From: Candidatus Limnocylindrales bacterium
GTDB taxonomy: Bacteria > Chloroflexota > Limnocylindria > Limnocylindrales > CSP1-4
Assembly: GCA_035248345.1 (NCBI GenBank)
Contig: DATFHO010000082.1
Location: 2,410 to 66,409, forward strand
Direction: 5' to 3'
DNA length: 64,000 bases
How positions within the stretch are numbered: the stretch's first letter is position 1; each line of letters opens with the position of its first letter. A model generated the notes under the pieces. That model was not told the DNA's origin. It saw only the letters and a program-made list of their open reading frames with translations, and did no database searches. Position numbers and translations under genes: made by a program. Shown here piece after piece: positions 9,520 to 20,243 of this stretch.

Positions 9520-10872
9520 ATGACGGTCATGGCGCGCACCTGGGATCGGCTCACGCTCCCGGGCAAAGCCCTCGCGATCCTGCTGCCGCTGGGGGCGGTG
9601 CTGACGATCGGGCTGATCCTCGTGATCGCCCTGTTCGGCCAGAACATCCTCGACATCCTGATCTTCAACCTGCCGATCGTCCGGTTCGTGTTCGCGGCGA
9701 CGATCCTGTTGCTGCTCGCCCCGCCGATCGCCTTCGTGATCATCTACATGGAGATGAAGATCATCGCCCTCATGAACCTCCGGATCGGGCCGGATCGGGT
9801 GGGGCCGTGGGGGTCGCTGCTGTCGACCGTGCACGGGCTCAAGGTCCTCATGAAGGAGGACTTCACCCCGACCAAGGCAGACGCGGTCGTCTTCACGTGG
9901 GCGCCGGTCATCGTGTTCGGCGCGGCGGCCATGAGCGCGCTGGTGCTGCCGTTCGCGCCGGGGCTGTACGGCCAGGACTTCAACATCGGGCTGCTGTACT
10001 TCTTCGCGATCGGCGGCATGACCGTCGTCGGGCTGCTCATGGGCGGCTGGTCGAGCTTCAACAAGTACTCGCTGCTCGGCGGCATCCGCTCGGCGGCCCA
10101 GATCGTGAGCTACGAGATCCCGCTGACGCTGTCCGTTGTCGGGCTCGTGATCCTGGCCGGGACGATGAGCCTCAACCAGATCGTGCAGCAGCAGGGCGCA
10201 AGCGGCTGGTTCACCGACTGGTACGCGTTCCGGCAGCCCCTCGGCCTGGTCATCTTCTTCATCGCCGCGACGGCGGAGGCGAATCGCACCCCGTTCGACC
10301 TGACCGAGGCGGACTCCGAGATCGTCGCCGGCTTCGCGACCGAGTACTCGGGCATGCGCTTCGGGTTCTTCTTCTTCGCCGAGTACATCGGCGTGTTCAT
10401 CATCTCGGCGCTCACCACCGTGCTCTTCCTCGGTGGCTGGAACGCGCCGTTCCCGGTGCCGCACATCAGCTGGATCATCGATCCGAGCTCGCTCGGGCTG
10501 TGGCTGCTGCTGGGGATCATGATCGTGCCGGTGATCGCGACGCTGCTCTTCGCCGCGCCGGTCTACCTGTTCCGGTCGAAGACCCGCTGGTGGGTCGCGC
10601 TGATCATCGGCTTCGTCGTCTTCAACCTGGTGGCGGGTGGCCTGTTCTTCCTCTGGGCGTACATCAACTTCGACTGGGTGGCGGGCCTGATCTGGTTCCT
10701 CGGCAAGGCGTTCGGGCTCGTGTTCCTGTTCGTGTGGATGCGCGGCACGCTGCCCCGCGTCCGCATCGACCAGCTCATGGGCTTCGCCTGGAAGTGGCTG
10801 CTCCCGGCGGCGCTGCTGAACCTGTTCATCACCGCGGCGGCCATCCTCGTCATCGATCGGATCCGACCGTGA
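9520..10872 (+). CDS. nuoH: NADH-quinone oxidoreductase subunit H
   Basis: Polytopic membrane protein with RIGPDRVGPWG, EANRTPFDLTEADSEIVAGF.TEYSGMRF and RGTLPRVRIDQLM. ATG 9520 is chosen within track ORF 9469..10872. Confidence 0.9.
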   Translation: MTVMARTWDRLTLPGKALAILLPLGAVLTIGLILVIALFGQNILDILIFNLPIVRFVFAATILLLLAPPIAFVIIYMEMKIIALMNLRIGPDRVGPWGSLLSTVHGLKVLMKEDFTPTKADAVVFTWAPVIVFGAAAMSALVLPFAPGLYGQDFNIGLLYFFAIGGMTVVGLLMGGWSSFNKYSLLGGIRSAAQIVSYEIPLTLSVVGLVILAGTMSLNQIVQQQGASGWFTDWYAFRQPLGLVIFFIAATAEANRTPFDLTEADSEIVAGFATEYSGMRFGFFFFAEYIGVFIISALTTVLFLGGWNAPFPVPHISWIIDPSSLGLWLLLGIMIVPVIATLLFAAPVYLFRSKTRWWVALIIGFVVFNLVAGGLFFLWAYINFDWVAGLIWFLGKAFGLVFLFVWMRGTLPRVRIDQLMGFAWKWLLPAALLNLFITAAAILVIDRIRP

Positions 10873-11558
10873 GCATGCTGCCCAGCCTCGTCCCCGGCCT
10901 CGGCATCGTGAAGGGCATGGCGCTCACGCTGCGCCGGTTCTTCCAGCCGAAGGCGACCGTGCTCTATCCCGAGATGCCGGCGGACGTCGCGACGCGCTTC
11001 CGCGGCCGCCTCCAGCTGCTGTACGACGAGTACGGCAGCCTCAAGTGCGAGACCTGCTTCCAGTGCGCCCAGGCCTGCCCGATCGAGTGCATCGACATGG
11101 GCGGCATGGACACGAAAGGCCGGTTCCACGTGCACTGGGGCCCGCCGGAGACGTACGGCGAGCGACGCGAGGAATCGGCGATCCGCCGCTCCGGCCGGAC
11201 CGTGCCGGATCCCGCCTACGAGCACTACCGGCCGTTCGACACGACGACGATCGACGAGATCCTCGACAAGTACGACCACGACCCGAAGCTGATGCTGCCG
11301 ATCCTCGAGGACACGCAGGCGGCGTTCGGCTTCCTGCCGGTCGCAGCGATCAAGCGCATCTCGGAGCGGACCGGCGCCTGGTACGCGATCATCTACGGCA
11401 CCGCGACGTACTACTCGCACCTGCGGTTCGAGCCGCCGATGCCGGCCGAGGCGAAGGGCACGTCGGCGCCCGTCCTCGCGCGTCGCCCGAACGAATCGTC
11501 GTACGTGGACGCGCTCGGGGCGGCGCTCGGCGGCAAGCAGGCGGGGGGTGTGCATTGA
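10869..11558 (+). CDS. nuoI: NuoI-like subunit with a single Cys motif, fused to a cysteine-free NuoE-like N-terminal domain
   Basis: The N-terminus is NuoI-like (ATVLYPE..RFRG, CETCFQCAQACPIEC). The second CxxCxxCxxxCP motif is absent. The C-terminal ~110 aa (IDEILDKYDHDPKLMLPILEDTQAAFGFLP..AIKRISERTG..YGTATYYSHLRFEP) resemble the helical N-terminal part of NuoE and contain no Cys. GTGA overlap with nuoH. Confidence 0.7.
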   Translation: MSMLPSLVPGLGIVKGMALTLRRFFQPKATVLYPEMPADVATRFRGRLQLLYDEYGSLKCETCFQCAQACPIECIDMGGMDTKGRFHVHWGPPETYGERREESAIRRSGRTVPDPAYEHYRPFDTTTIDEILDKYDHDPKLMLPILEDTQAAFGFLPVAAIKRISERTGAWYAIIYGTATYYSHLRFEPPMPAEAKGTSAPVLARRPNESSYVDALGAALGGKQAGGVH

Positions 11559-12919
11559 CCGCGATCCTCCCGACGCCGAAGGAATGGCCGTCCGTGCTGC
11601 TGGCGCGCGCCGGCGCCGGCGACCCCACGGACCTCGACGCAGCGCAGAAGGCCGGTGCGTTCGACGGGCTTCGCCGTGCAGTTCGCGAGCTGGGGCCAGA
11701 CGGCACGATCGAGGAGATCCGGGCGAGCGGCCTGAAGGGCCGCGGCGGCGCGGGCCATCTCACGGCAGACAAGTGGCGCGCCGCGGCCGACACGGAGGCG
11801 CGCGACAGGTACGTCGTCGCGAACGGCTACGGGGCCGATCCTGCCGCGAGCACGGATCGCACGCTCCTCGAGACGGATCCGTATGCGGTCATCGAAGGCC
11901 TGACCATTGCCGCCTTCGCGGTCGGGGCGGAGACGGGCTACATCTCCGTCCGCGCCACCGCGACCGAGGCGATCAGCCGGATGACCGCCGCGCTCGACCT
12001 GGCGTACCAGCACAACCTCGTCGGCGAGGACGTGCTCGGCACCGGGCGGCGCATCGACATCGAGATCCGGTCTGTGCAGGGCGCGTACATGCTCGGCGAG
12101 GAGACGGTCCTCCTGAAGGCCCTCGACGGCAAGCGCGGCCAGCCGGAGCAGCGCCCGCCCCACCCGGCGACGCGCGGCTTCCGCAACGCGCCGACCGTCG
12201 TCCAGAACGTGCAGACCCTCGCTTCCGTGCCCTGGATCCTGCGCAACAAGGCACGCGCCTTCAAGGCGATCGGGCTCGGTGACGCGCCCGGCACGATCCT
12301 CGTCGACGTCCGCGGGCACGAGAAGGCGGGCATCGCGGAGGTGCCTCTCGGCACGCCACTCGGCCGCATCCTGGAGCTGGGCGGCAAGGCCGGCGCCGGT
12401 CGCAAGCTCAAGGCCATCGTCGTCGGCGGCCCGACGGGCGGGATCCTGCCCCCGAGCGCCATCGACACCCCGTACACGTTCGAGGACCTGCGCGGCGTCG
12501 GCGCCCATGTCGGCTCCGGCGCGGTGATCGCGGTCGACGACCGGGCGTGCATCGTGGACCTCGCCCGCCTGCTGACCCGCTTCTCCGCCGATGAGGCGTG
12601 CGGCAAGACCATCCCGTGCCGGATCGGGCTGCGACGCGTCGCGGAGATCGGCGAGCGGCTCACGACCGGCACCTCGCGGGCCGGTGACGTGACGCTCCTC
12701 GAGGACCTCTCCGCGGACATCGTCGCGTCCGCCCTGTGCGATCACGAGCGACTCGCAACACTGCCGATGATGAGCAGCCTCCGCCACTTCCGGCCCGAGC
12801 TCGATGCGCACCTCCTGCGCGGCGAGTGCCCGGCCGGCGTGTGCCGGCCGATCCACCTCGGGACCGCCACCACCGCGACCACCGCCACCACCGCGACCAC
12901 TGCTGGAGCGACCGCATGA
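11555..12919 (+). CDS. nuoF: NuoF-like flavoprotein subunit (divergent)
   Basis: Motifs GLKGRGGAGHLTADKW (FMN loop-like), GAYMLGEETVLLKALDG, NVQTLASVP and DEACGKTIPCRIG (N3 region with its middle Cys missing). TTG start overlaps the upstream stop (TTGA). The C-terminal tail is a (TATTAT)x2 repeat. Confidence 0.7.
   Translation: MTAILPTPKEWPSVLLARAGAGDPTDLDAAQKAGAFDGLRRAVRELGPDGTIEEIRASGLKGRGGAGHLTADKWRAAADTEARDRYVVANGYGADPAASTDRTLLETDPYAVIEGLTIAAFAVGAETGYISVRATATEAISRMTAALDLAYQHNLVGEDVLGTGRRIDIEIRSVQGAYMLGEETVLLKALDGKRGQPEQRPPHPATRGFRNAPTVVQNVQTLASVPWILRNKARAFKAIGLGDAPGTILVDVRGHEKAGIAEVPLGTPLGRILELGGKAGAGRKLKAIVVGGPTGGILPPSAIDTPYTFEDLRGVGAHVGSGAVIAVDDRACIVDLARLLTRFSADEACGKTIPCRIGLRRVAEIGERLTTGTSRAGDVTLLEDLSADIVASALCDHERLATLPMMSSLRHFRPELDAHLLRGECPAGVCRPIHLGTATTATTATTATTAGATA
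12863..12898 (+). repeat. Perfect 18-bp tandem duplication (ACCGCCACCACCGCGACC x2) encoding the Thr/Ala tail of the NuoF-like protein
   Basis: Read directly from the sequence: 12863-12880 is identical to 12881-12898. Confidence 0.9.
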
Positions 12920-15645
12920 CCGACCTGATCGAGCGGCCGCCCAGCGAGGTCACGCGCCGCGACGGCGCGCACGACGGCGATGCGCCCGACGAGCCGAAGC
13001 TCGGCGGCGACCGCTACACGCGCTACGACGGCAAGCCCGAGAGCCGCCCGGACAAGCCCATCGTCCGCGACACGGACACGCCGCTCGAGGACACGCGTGC
13101 CGAACAGCTCATTACGACGCAGAGCCCGCAGCGGCCCCTGAACACGCCGCGCATCCGGATCGAGGTCGACGGGCGCACCGTCGAGGGCCTCGAGGGCCAG
13201 ACGATCCTCGAGGTCTGCCGCGACAACGGCATCGAGATCCCGACCCTGTGCTACGAGCCGAAGCTCCCGGGCTTCGGTGCGTGCCGCATGTGCGTCGTCG
13301 AGGTCGAGGGCGAGGAGCATCCGCCGATCTCGTGCTCGCGCACGTGCGAGGACGGGATGAAGGTCCAGACCCAGACGGAGGAGATCCGCCGGGTCCGGCG
13401 CACGAACCTCGAGCTGATCTTCAGCGACCACAACGCGTATTGCCTGCCGCCCTGCCAGAACAAGTGCCCGAGCCACATCGACATCCCGGGCTTCCTGAAG
13501 CAGAACGCGGAGGGAAACTTCCGCGAGTCGACGCGGATCTTCAAGCGGACGATCCCGTTCCCCTCGGTGCTCGGTCGCGTGTGCCCCGCCCCATGCGAGG
13601 AGCACTGCCGCCGCGACGAGGTCGACGAGGCGATCGCGATCCGCGACTCCCACCGGTACGCCGGCGACATGGTCATCAAGTCGATGCTCGACGAGGACCT
13701 GGACCCGCCGGTCCCGTTCGAGCAGCAGCCGAAGACCGGCCGCCGCGCGGCGGTGATCGGCTCCGGCCCCGCCGGCATGGCGGCGGCGTACTACCTGCTG
13801 CTGTCGGGCCACGACGTCACAGTCTTCGAGCGCGACCCGGCGCCGGGCGGCATGCTCCGGTACGGCATCCCGCAGTACCGCCTGCCGAAGGTCGAGGTCC
13901 TCGAGGCCGAGTACGAGTCGGTCACGCGCCTCGGCGGCAAGATCGTGTGCAACCAGGGCCTCGGGCGCGACTTCACGCTCGACGACCTGCAATACCAGGG
14001 CTTCGACGCGGTCGTCGTGGCGATCGGCTGCTACGACACGAACAAGCTCGGCATCCCGGGCGAGGACGCGCCCGAGGTCCTTGACGGCCTCGAGTACCTG
14101 CGCACCGCCACGCTTGGGCTCCCGTATCCGGAGCACAAGGGCAAGCGCGTCGTCGTCATCGGCGGCGGCTTCACCTCGATGGACTGCTCGCGGACCTCGG
14201 TCCGCCAGGGGGCCAGCGAGGTCACCCTCGTCTACCGCCGCGACATGAAGGACATGCCGGCCGCGAACGAGGTCCACGAAGCCATCGAGGAAGGTGTCAC
14301 GGCGATCTTCCAGGCCGGCCCGACCCGCGTGGTCGTCGACAAGGACAACAAGGTCACCGGCGTCGAGTTCATCCGGATGGCGCTCGGCGCGCCCGATGCC
14401 TCCGGCCGCCGCCGCCCCGAGCCCGCGCCCGGCACCGAGTTCATCATCCCGTGCGATCGCGTCCTGCTCGCCATCGGCCAGGGGCCGGAGCTCGACTGGA
14501 TCGGCCCCGGCTCGACCGGCCCCGTCGCGACGAAGAACAAGCGCCTCGGCGCGGACGCGGTCACGTTCGAGACGGCTCGGCCCGGCGTCTTCGGCACGGG
14601 TGACGTGCGCATTGGCGCCGCGACGGTCGTCCAGGCGATCGCCGAGGGCCGGCGCGCCGCGTACGCGGTCGACGCCTTCCTGCGTGGCAACGACCTGTCA
14701 TCGATCCGCACTCGCCAGACCCTGGCGGAGCCGCAGCCCGAGTTCCTGTCGATCGTGCCGTTCACCGGCGAGGTCAAGGAGCCGCGCTACCGCCTGAAGG
14801 CCCTCGAGGCCGAGGAGCGCAACCACAACTACATCGAGTACGAGATCCCGTACTCGCGCGAGGAGATCGTGGCCGAGTCCACGCGCTGCCTCCAGTGCAC
14901 GTGCGAGGCGATCGGCTACTGCGACCTGCGCCGCCTCGGCATCGAGTACGGCACGACGCTGACCACGCTCGAGCCGGACCCGCACCAGGGCGCCGGTCTC
15001 CGATCCGTCAACGAGAACCGGTTCACGGGCATCAACCACGATTACATCCGGGACGACTCGCACGCGTTCATCCTTCGCGAGCCCTCGCGCTGCATCGACT
15101 GCGGCCGCTGCGCCAACGTGTGCGCCGAGGTCGTCGGTGCTGCGTGCTACGACTTCATGCGGATCGGCTTCGACACGCTCGTGACGACGCCGCTCGACAT
15201 GAGCCTCAACGACACGCCGTGCGTGTCCTGCGGCCGCTGCGCCGAGACGTGCCCGACCGGCGCGCTCATGCCGAAGCCGCGCGTCCTCCAGAAGTACGAG
15301 GTCGACGAGAGCCGCTGCATCCTGTGCGGCATCTGCGTGGACGCATGCCCGTACGACGCCCTCCGCGACGGCCAGGAGTTCGAGCTCTCGCACACCAGCC
15401 GCGAGGACCCGATGATCGACCTGATGGCGATGGCCCAGGTGGATCGCGAGACCGAGGTCACGTACATCCGCAAGGAGCGCGACTGGCTCCAGCGCGCGAT
15501 GGAGGCCGGCCGCTACGTCCCGTCCGACCGCCTGCTCACGGTGCTCCCTGCCAGCCTCTCGCGACCGGCCGGCCCGAGCGCGCACGAGCACGGCGGCGGT
15601 TCCCAGGGTGAGTCGCACGGCGGCTCCCACGCGCACCTGAAGTAG
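12916..15645 (+). CDS. Fusion protein: NuoG-type N-terminal [2Fe-2S] domain, GltD-type FAD/NAD(P)H oxidoreductase, then NuoG-like and ferredoxin-type [4Fe-4S] motifs
   Basis: N1b-like Cys pattern (C-x10-C-x2-C-x13-C in [30 protein letters not shown]). GltD-like blocks ([54 protein letters not shown]). Then [11 protein letters not shown]...[16 protein letters not shown] and [12 protein letters not shown]. The tail is His-rich. No molybdopterin-like C-terminal domain is recognisable. Confidence 0.7.
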   Translation: MTDLIERPPSEVTRRDGAHDGDAPDEPKLGGDRYTRYDGKPESRPDKPIVRDTDTPLEDTRAEQLITTQSPQRPLNTPRIRIEVDGRTVEGLEGQTILEVCRDNGIEIPTLCYEPKLPGFGACRMCVVEVEGEEHPPISCSRTCEDGMKVQTQTEEIRRVRRTNLELIFSDHNAYCLPPCQNKCPSHIDIPGFLKQNAEGNFRESTRIFKRTIPFPSVLGRVCPAPCEEHCRRDEVDEAIAIRDSHRYAGDMVIKSMLDEDLDPPVPFEQQPKTGRRAAVIGSGPAGMAAAYYLLLSGHDVTVFERDPAPGGMLRYGIPQYRLPKVEVLEAEYESVTRLGGKIVCNQGLGRDFTLDDLQYQGFDAVVVAIGCYDTNKLGIPGEDAPEVLDGLEYLRTATLGLPYPEHKGKRVVVIGGGFTSMDCSRTSVRQGASEVTLVYRRDMKDMPAANEVHEAIEEGVTAIFQAGPTRVVVDKDNKVTGVEFIRMALGAPDASGRRRPEPAPGTEFIIPCDRVLLAIGQGPELDWIGPGSTGPVATKNKRLGADAVTFETARPGVFGTGDVRIGAATVVQAIAEGRRAAYAVDAFLRGNDLSSIRTRQTLAEPQPEFLSIVPFTGEVKEPRYRLKALEAEERNHNYIEYEIPYSREEIVAESTRCLQCTCEAIGYCDLRRLGIEYGTTLTTLEPDPHQGAGLRSVNENRFTGINHDYIRDDSHAFILREPSRCIDCGRCANVCAEVVGAACYDFMRIGFDTLVTTPLDMSLNDTPCVSCGRCAETCPTGALMPKPRVLQKYEVDESRCILCGICVDACPYDALRDGQEFELSHTSREDPMIDLMAMAQVDRETEVTYIRKERDWLQRAMEAGRYVPSDRLLTVLPASLSRPAGPSAHEHGGGSQGESHGGSHAHLK

Positions 15646-15653
15646 CCGACCGA

Positions 15654-16265
15654 ATGCGAGCCTGGCTCTACCTTCTCGCGGCGGCCGTCGCCGGCGCGAT
15701 CATCACCACGCCCGCGATCATCGTCCTGATCCTCATGGGCGGGTCGTTCAACGACGCCCTGCTGGCGGGCCTGGCGACGCTGATGCTCGCCTCGGGAATC
15801 GCGGTCGTGACGATGCGCGACATCATCCGGTGCGGCCTCGCGATGATCGTGTGCTTCCTGTCGCTCGCCGGCATCTACGTGCAGCTCGGCGCGCCGATGG
15901 TCGCGGCGGCGCAGGTGATCGTGTACATCGGCGCCATCAGCGTCCTGATCCTGTTCGCGATCATGCTCACCCAGGACAAGGCGGCCCCGGCGCGGCTCGT
16001 GTTCCAGACGCAGGCCACGCCGGCCGCGATCGCCTCGATCATCGTGGCGGTGCTCGTCGCGATCGCCGCGTACGGCACGAACTGGGGCGCCGTCACGACC
16101 CAGATCGAGGCGGCGACGAACACGATCGCCTACTTCATCTTCGGCAACACGTCCGACACGCCGCAGTCGCAGCAGTACGTCCTCGTGTTCGAGGCCGTGA
16201 GCGTGCTCCTCCTCGCCGCCGTCATCGGCGGCGTGTTCCTCGCGAAGAAGGAGCGCACCGACTGA
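15654..16265 (+). CDS. nuoJ: NADH-quinone oxidoreductase subunit J
   Basis: 203-aa polytopic protein in the nuoJ position, with [22 protein letters not shown]. Confidence 0.85.
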   Translation: MRAWLYLLAAAVAGAIITTPAIIVLILMGGSFNDALLAGLATLMLASGIAVVTMRDIIRCGLAMIVCFLSLAGIYVQLGAPMVAAAQVIVYIGAISVLILFAIMLTQDKAAPARLVFQTQATPAAIASIIVAVLVAIAAYGTNWGAVTTQIEAATNTIAYFIFGNTSDTPQSQQYVLVFEAVSVLLLAAVIGGVFLAKKERTD

Positions 16266-16582
16266 TGGGCGTCTCCGAGCAGCTCAACACGTACCTGACC
16301 CTGTCCGGGCTGCTGTTCGCGATCGGCTCGTTCGGGTTCCTGGCCCGCCGGAACGCGATCTCGATGCTCATGTCCATCGAGCTGATGCTGAACGCCGTGA
16401 ACCTCGCCATCGTCGCGTTCGGCGCGTTCATCCCGTCGCTGCAGGGGGACGGCGCGGTGATCGCGCTGATGGTCATCGCCGTTGCCGCGGCCGAGGCCAC
16501 GGTCGGCCTTGCGATCGTCATCGCGATCTTCCGCAACCGCAAGACGCCCCTCGTCGACGAGTACGACGCGATGCGCAGATGA
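16265..16582 (+). CDS. nuoK: NADH-quinone oxidoreductase subunit K
   Basis: 105 aa with three TM segments and the [15 protein letters not shown] and [12 protein letters not shown] motifs. Confidence 0.9.
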   Translation: MGVSEQLNTYLTLSGLLFAIGSFGFLARRNAISMLMSIELMLNAVNLAIVAFGAFIPSLQGDGAVIALMVIAVAAAEATVGLAIVIAIFRNRKTPLVDEYDAMRR

Positions 16583-16592
16583 GCGCCGCCCG

Positions 16593-18590
<1,998 letters not shown>

Positions 18591-18593
18591 ACG

Positions 18594-20243
18594 ATGGAAG
18601 CCTGGATCCTGACGCTCGTCACGTTCCTGCCGCTCGTCGGCGCGATCGTGATCGGATTCTCCCCGGTCCGCTGGGCGCGCATCCTCGCGCTCGCGACGGC
18701 GCTGATCACGTGGGCGGTCTCCTTGGTGATGGCCGGCATGTTCAACAGCGGCACGCCCGGGTTCCAGCTGGTCGTCGAGACCTCGTGGATCCCCGCCTTC
18801 GGGATCGAGTACAAGCTCGGCGCCGACGGGCTGTCCGTCGCGCTCGTGGTCCTGACCACGACGCTGACGTGGATCAGCATCCTCGCGAGCTTCGCCCCCA
18901 TCCAGACCCGGATCAAGGAATACATGATCTCGTTCCTGATCCTCGAGGTCGGCATGACGGGTGTGTTCCTCGCCCTCGACACGTTCCTCTTCTACATCTT
19001 CTGGGAAGTCGTGCTCGTGCCGATGTACCTGATCATCGGCATCTGGGGCGGCAAGAACCGCATCTACGCGACGATCAAGTTTGTGCTCTACACGCTGGTC
19101 GGCTCGCTGCTCATGCTCGTGGCGATCCTGGCGACGGCGTTCGCGTACCAGGGCGCGCACCCAGACACCGGCTGGGTGGGCGCGTTCGACTTCGAGGCGC
19201 TCAAGGCCTACGCGGGCACCACCGGCTTCGCCGACGGCCTGCAGCTCCTCGGCTTCGCGGCCTTCTTCCTCGCCTTCGCGATCAAGGTGCCGATGTTCCC
19301 GTTCCACACGTGGCTCCCCGATGCGCACGTCGAGGCACCGACCGCCGGCTCGGTCATCCTGGCCGCGGTGATGCTCAAGCTCGGCGCGTACGGGCTCATC
19401 CGGTTCAACCTGACGTTCTATCCGGACGCGGCGCATACCTACGCGCCGCTGATCATCGTCCTGAGCCTGATCGCGATCATCTACGGCGCGATCGTGGCGA
19501 TGGTCCAGCCGGACCTGAAGAAGCTGATCGCGTACTCGTCCGTCAGCCACATGGGCTTCGTCACGCTCGGGATCTTCGTGTTCCAGGAGCAGGCGATGAA
19601 CGGCGCGATCCTCCAGATGATCAACCACGGCCTGATCACCGGCGGGCTGTTCCTGCTCGTCGGCGTGATCTACGAGCGCACCCACGATCGGACGATCGCG
19701 AAGATGGGCGGCCTCGCCGGCCTGACGCCGGTGTGGGCGGTGACGTTCGGGTTCTTCGTCTTCGCCTCGGCCGGCCTGCCGGCGCTGTCCGGGTTCGTGG
19801 GCGAGTTCCTGACGATGCTCGGAACGTTCGTGGCGAACCCTTGGGCCGCGGCCGTTGCCGCCATCGTGATGGTGCTCGGCGCCGTGTACCTGCTGTGGAT
19901 GTACCAGCGCGTCACCCTGGGTGAGCCGTCGGCGTTCCTGCTCGGCCTGAAGGACCACCTGAGCGACATGACCGCCACGGAGGTGCTCACGCTCGCCCCG
20001 CTCGGCGCCCTGGTCGTGATCTTCGGCCTGTTCCCGGGCGTGCTCCTCACGGTGATCGGACTGCCTGCGAAGGACGCGCTCGAGGCCGTCGCAGGTGGCG
20101 CTCCGATCGCCCTGGACCCGATCGTCCCCGCCCTGTTCTTCGGCGCCGTGGTCGCGATCGTCGTGATCCGGCTGTTCGCGCTGCGCCCCGGCCGTGCGTC
20201 GGGTGAGGACACGGCCGCCCAGCCCGCGGAGGGCGCAGCCTGA
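18594..20243 (+). CDS. nuoM: NADH-quinone oxidoreductase subunit M
   Basis: 549-aa antiporter-like subunit (FAIKVPMFPFHTWLPDAHVEAPTAGSVILA). Confidence 0.9.
   Translation: MEAWILTLVTFLPLVGAIVIGFSPVRWARILALATALITWAVSLVMAGMFNSGTPGFQLVVETSWIPAFGIEYKLGADGLSVALVVLTTTLTWISILASFAPIQTRIKEYMISFLILEVGMTGVFLALDTFLFYIFWEVVLVPMYLIIGIWGGKNRIYATIKFVLYTLVGSLLMLVAILATAFAYQGAHPDTGWVGAFDFEALKAYAGTTGFADGLQLLGFAAFFLAFAIKVPMFPFHTWLPDAHVEAPTAGSVILAAVMLKLGAYGLIRFNLTFYPDAAHTYAPLIIVLSLIAIIYGAIVAMVQPDLKKLIAYSSVSHMGFVTLGIFVFQEQAMNGAILQMINHGLITGGLFLLVGVIYERTHDRTIAKMGGLAGLTPVWAVTFGFFVFASAGLPALSGFVGEFLTMLGTFVANPWAAAVAAIVMVLGAVYLLWMYQRVTLGEPSAFLLGLKDHLSDMTATEVLTLAPLGALVVIFGLFPGVLLTVIGLPAKDALEAVAGGAPIALDPIVPALFFGAVVAIVVIRLFALRPGRASGEDTAAQPAEGAA

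Noticed and set aside
12863-12898. The TAT-TAT amino-acid repeat as a signal or targeting motif
   Set aside because: It is a C-terminal Thr/Ala tail produced by an 18-bp duplication and is unrelated to twin-arginine signals.
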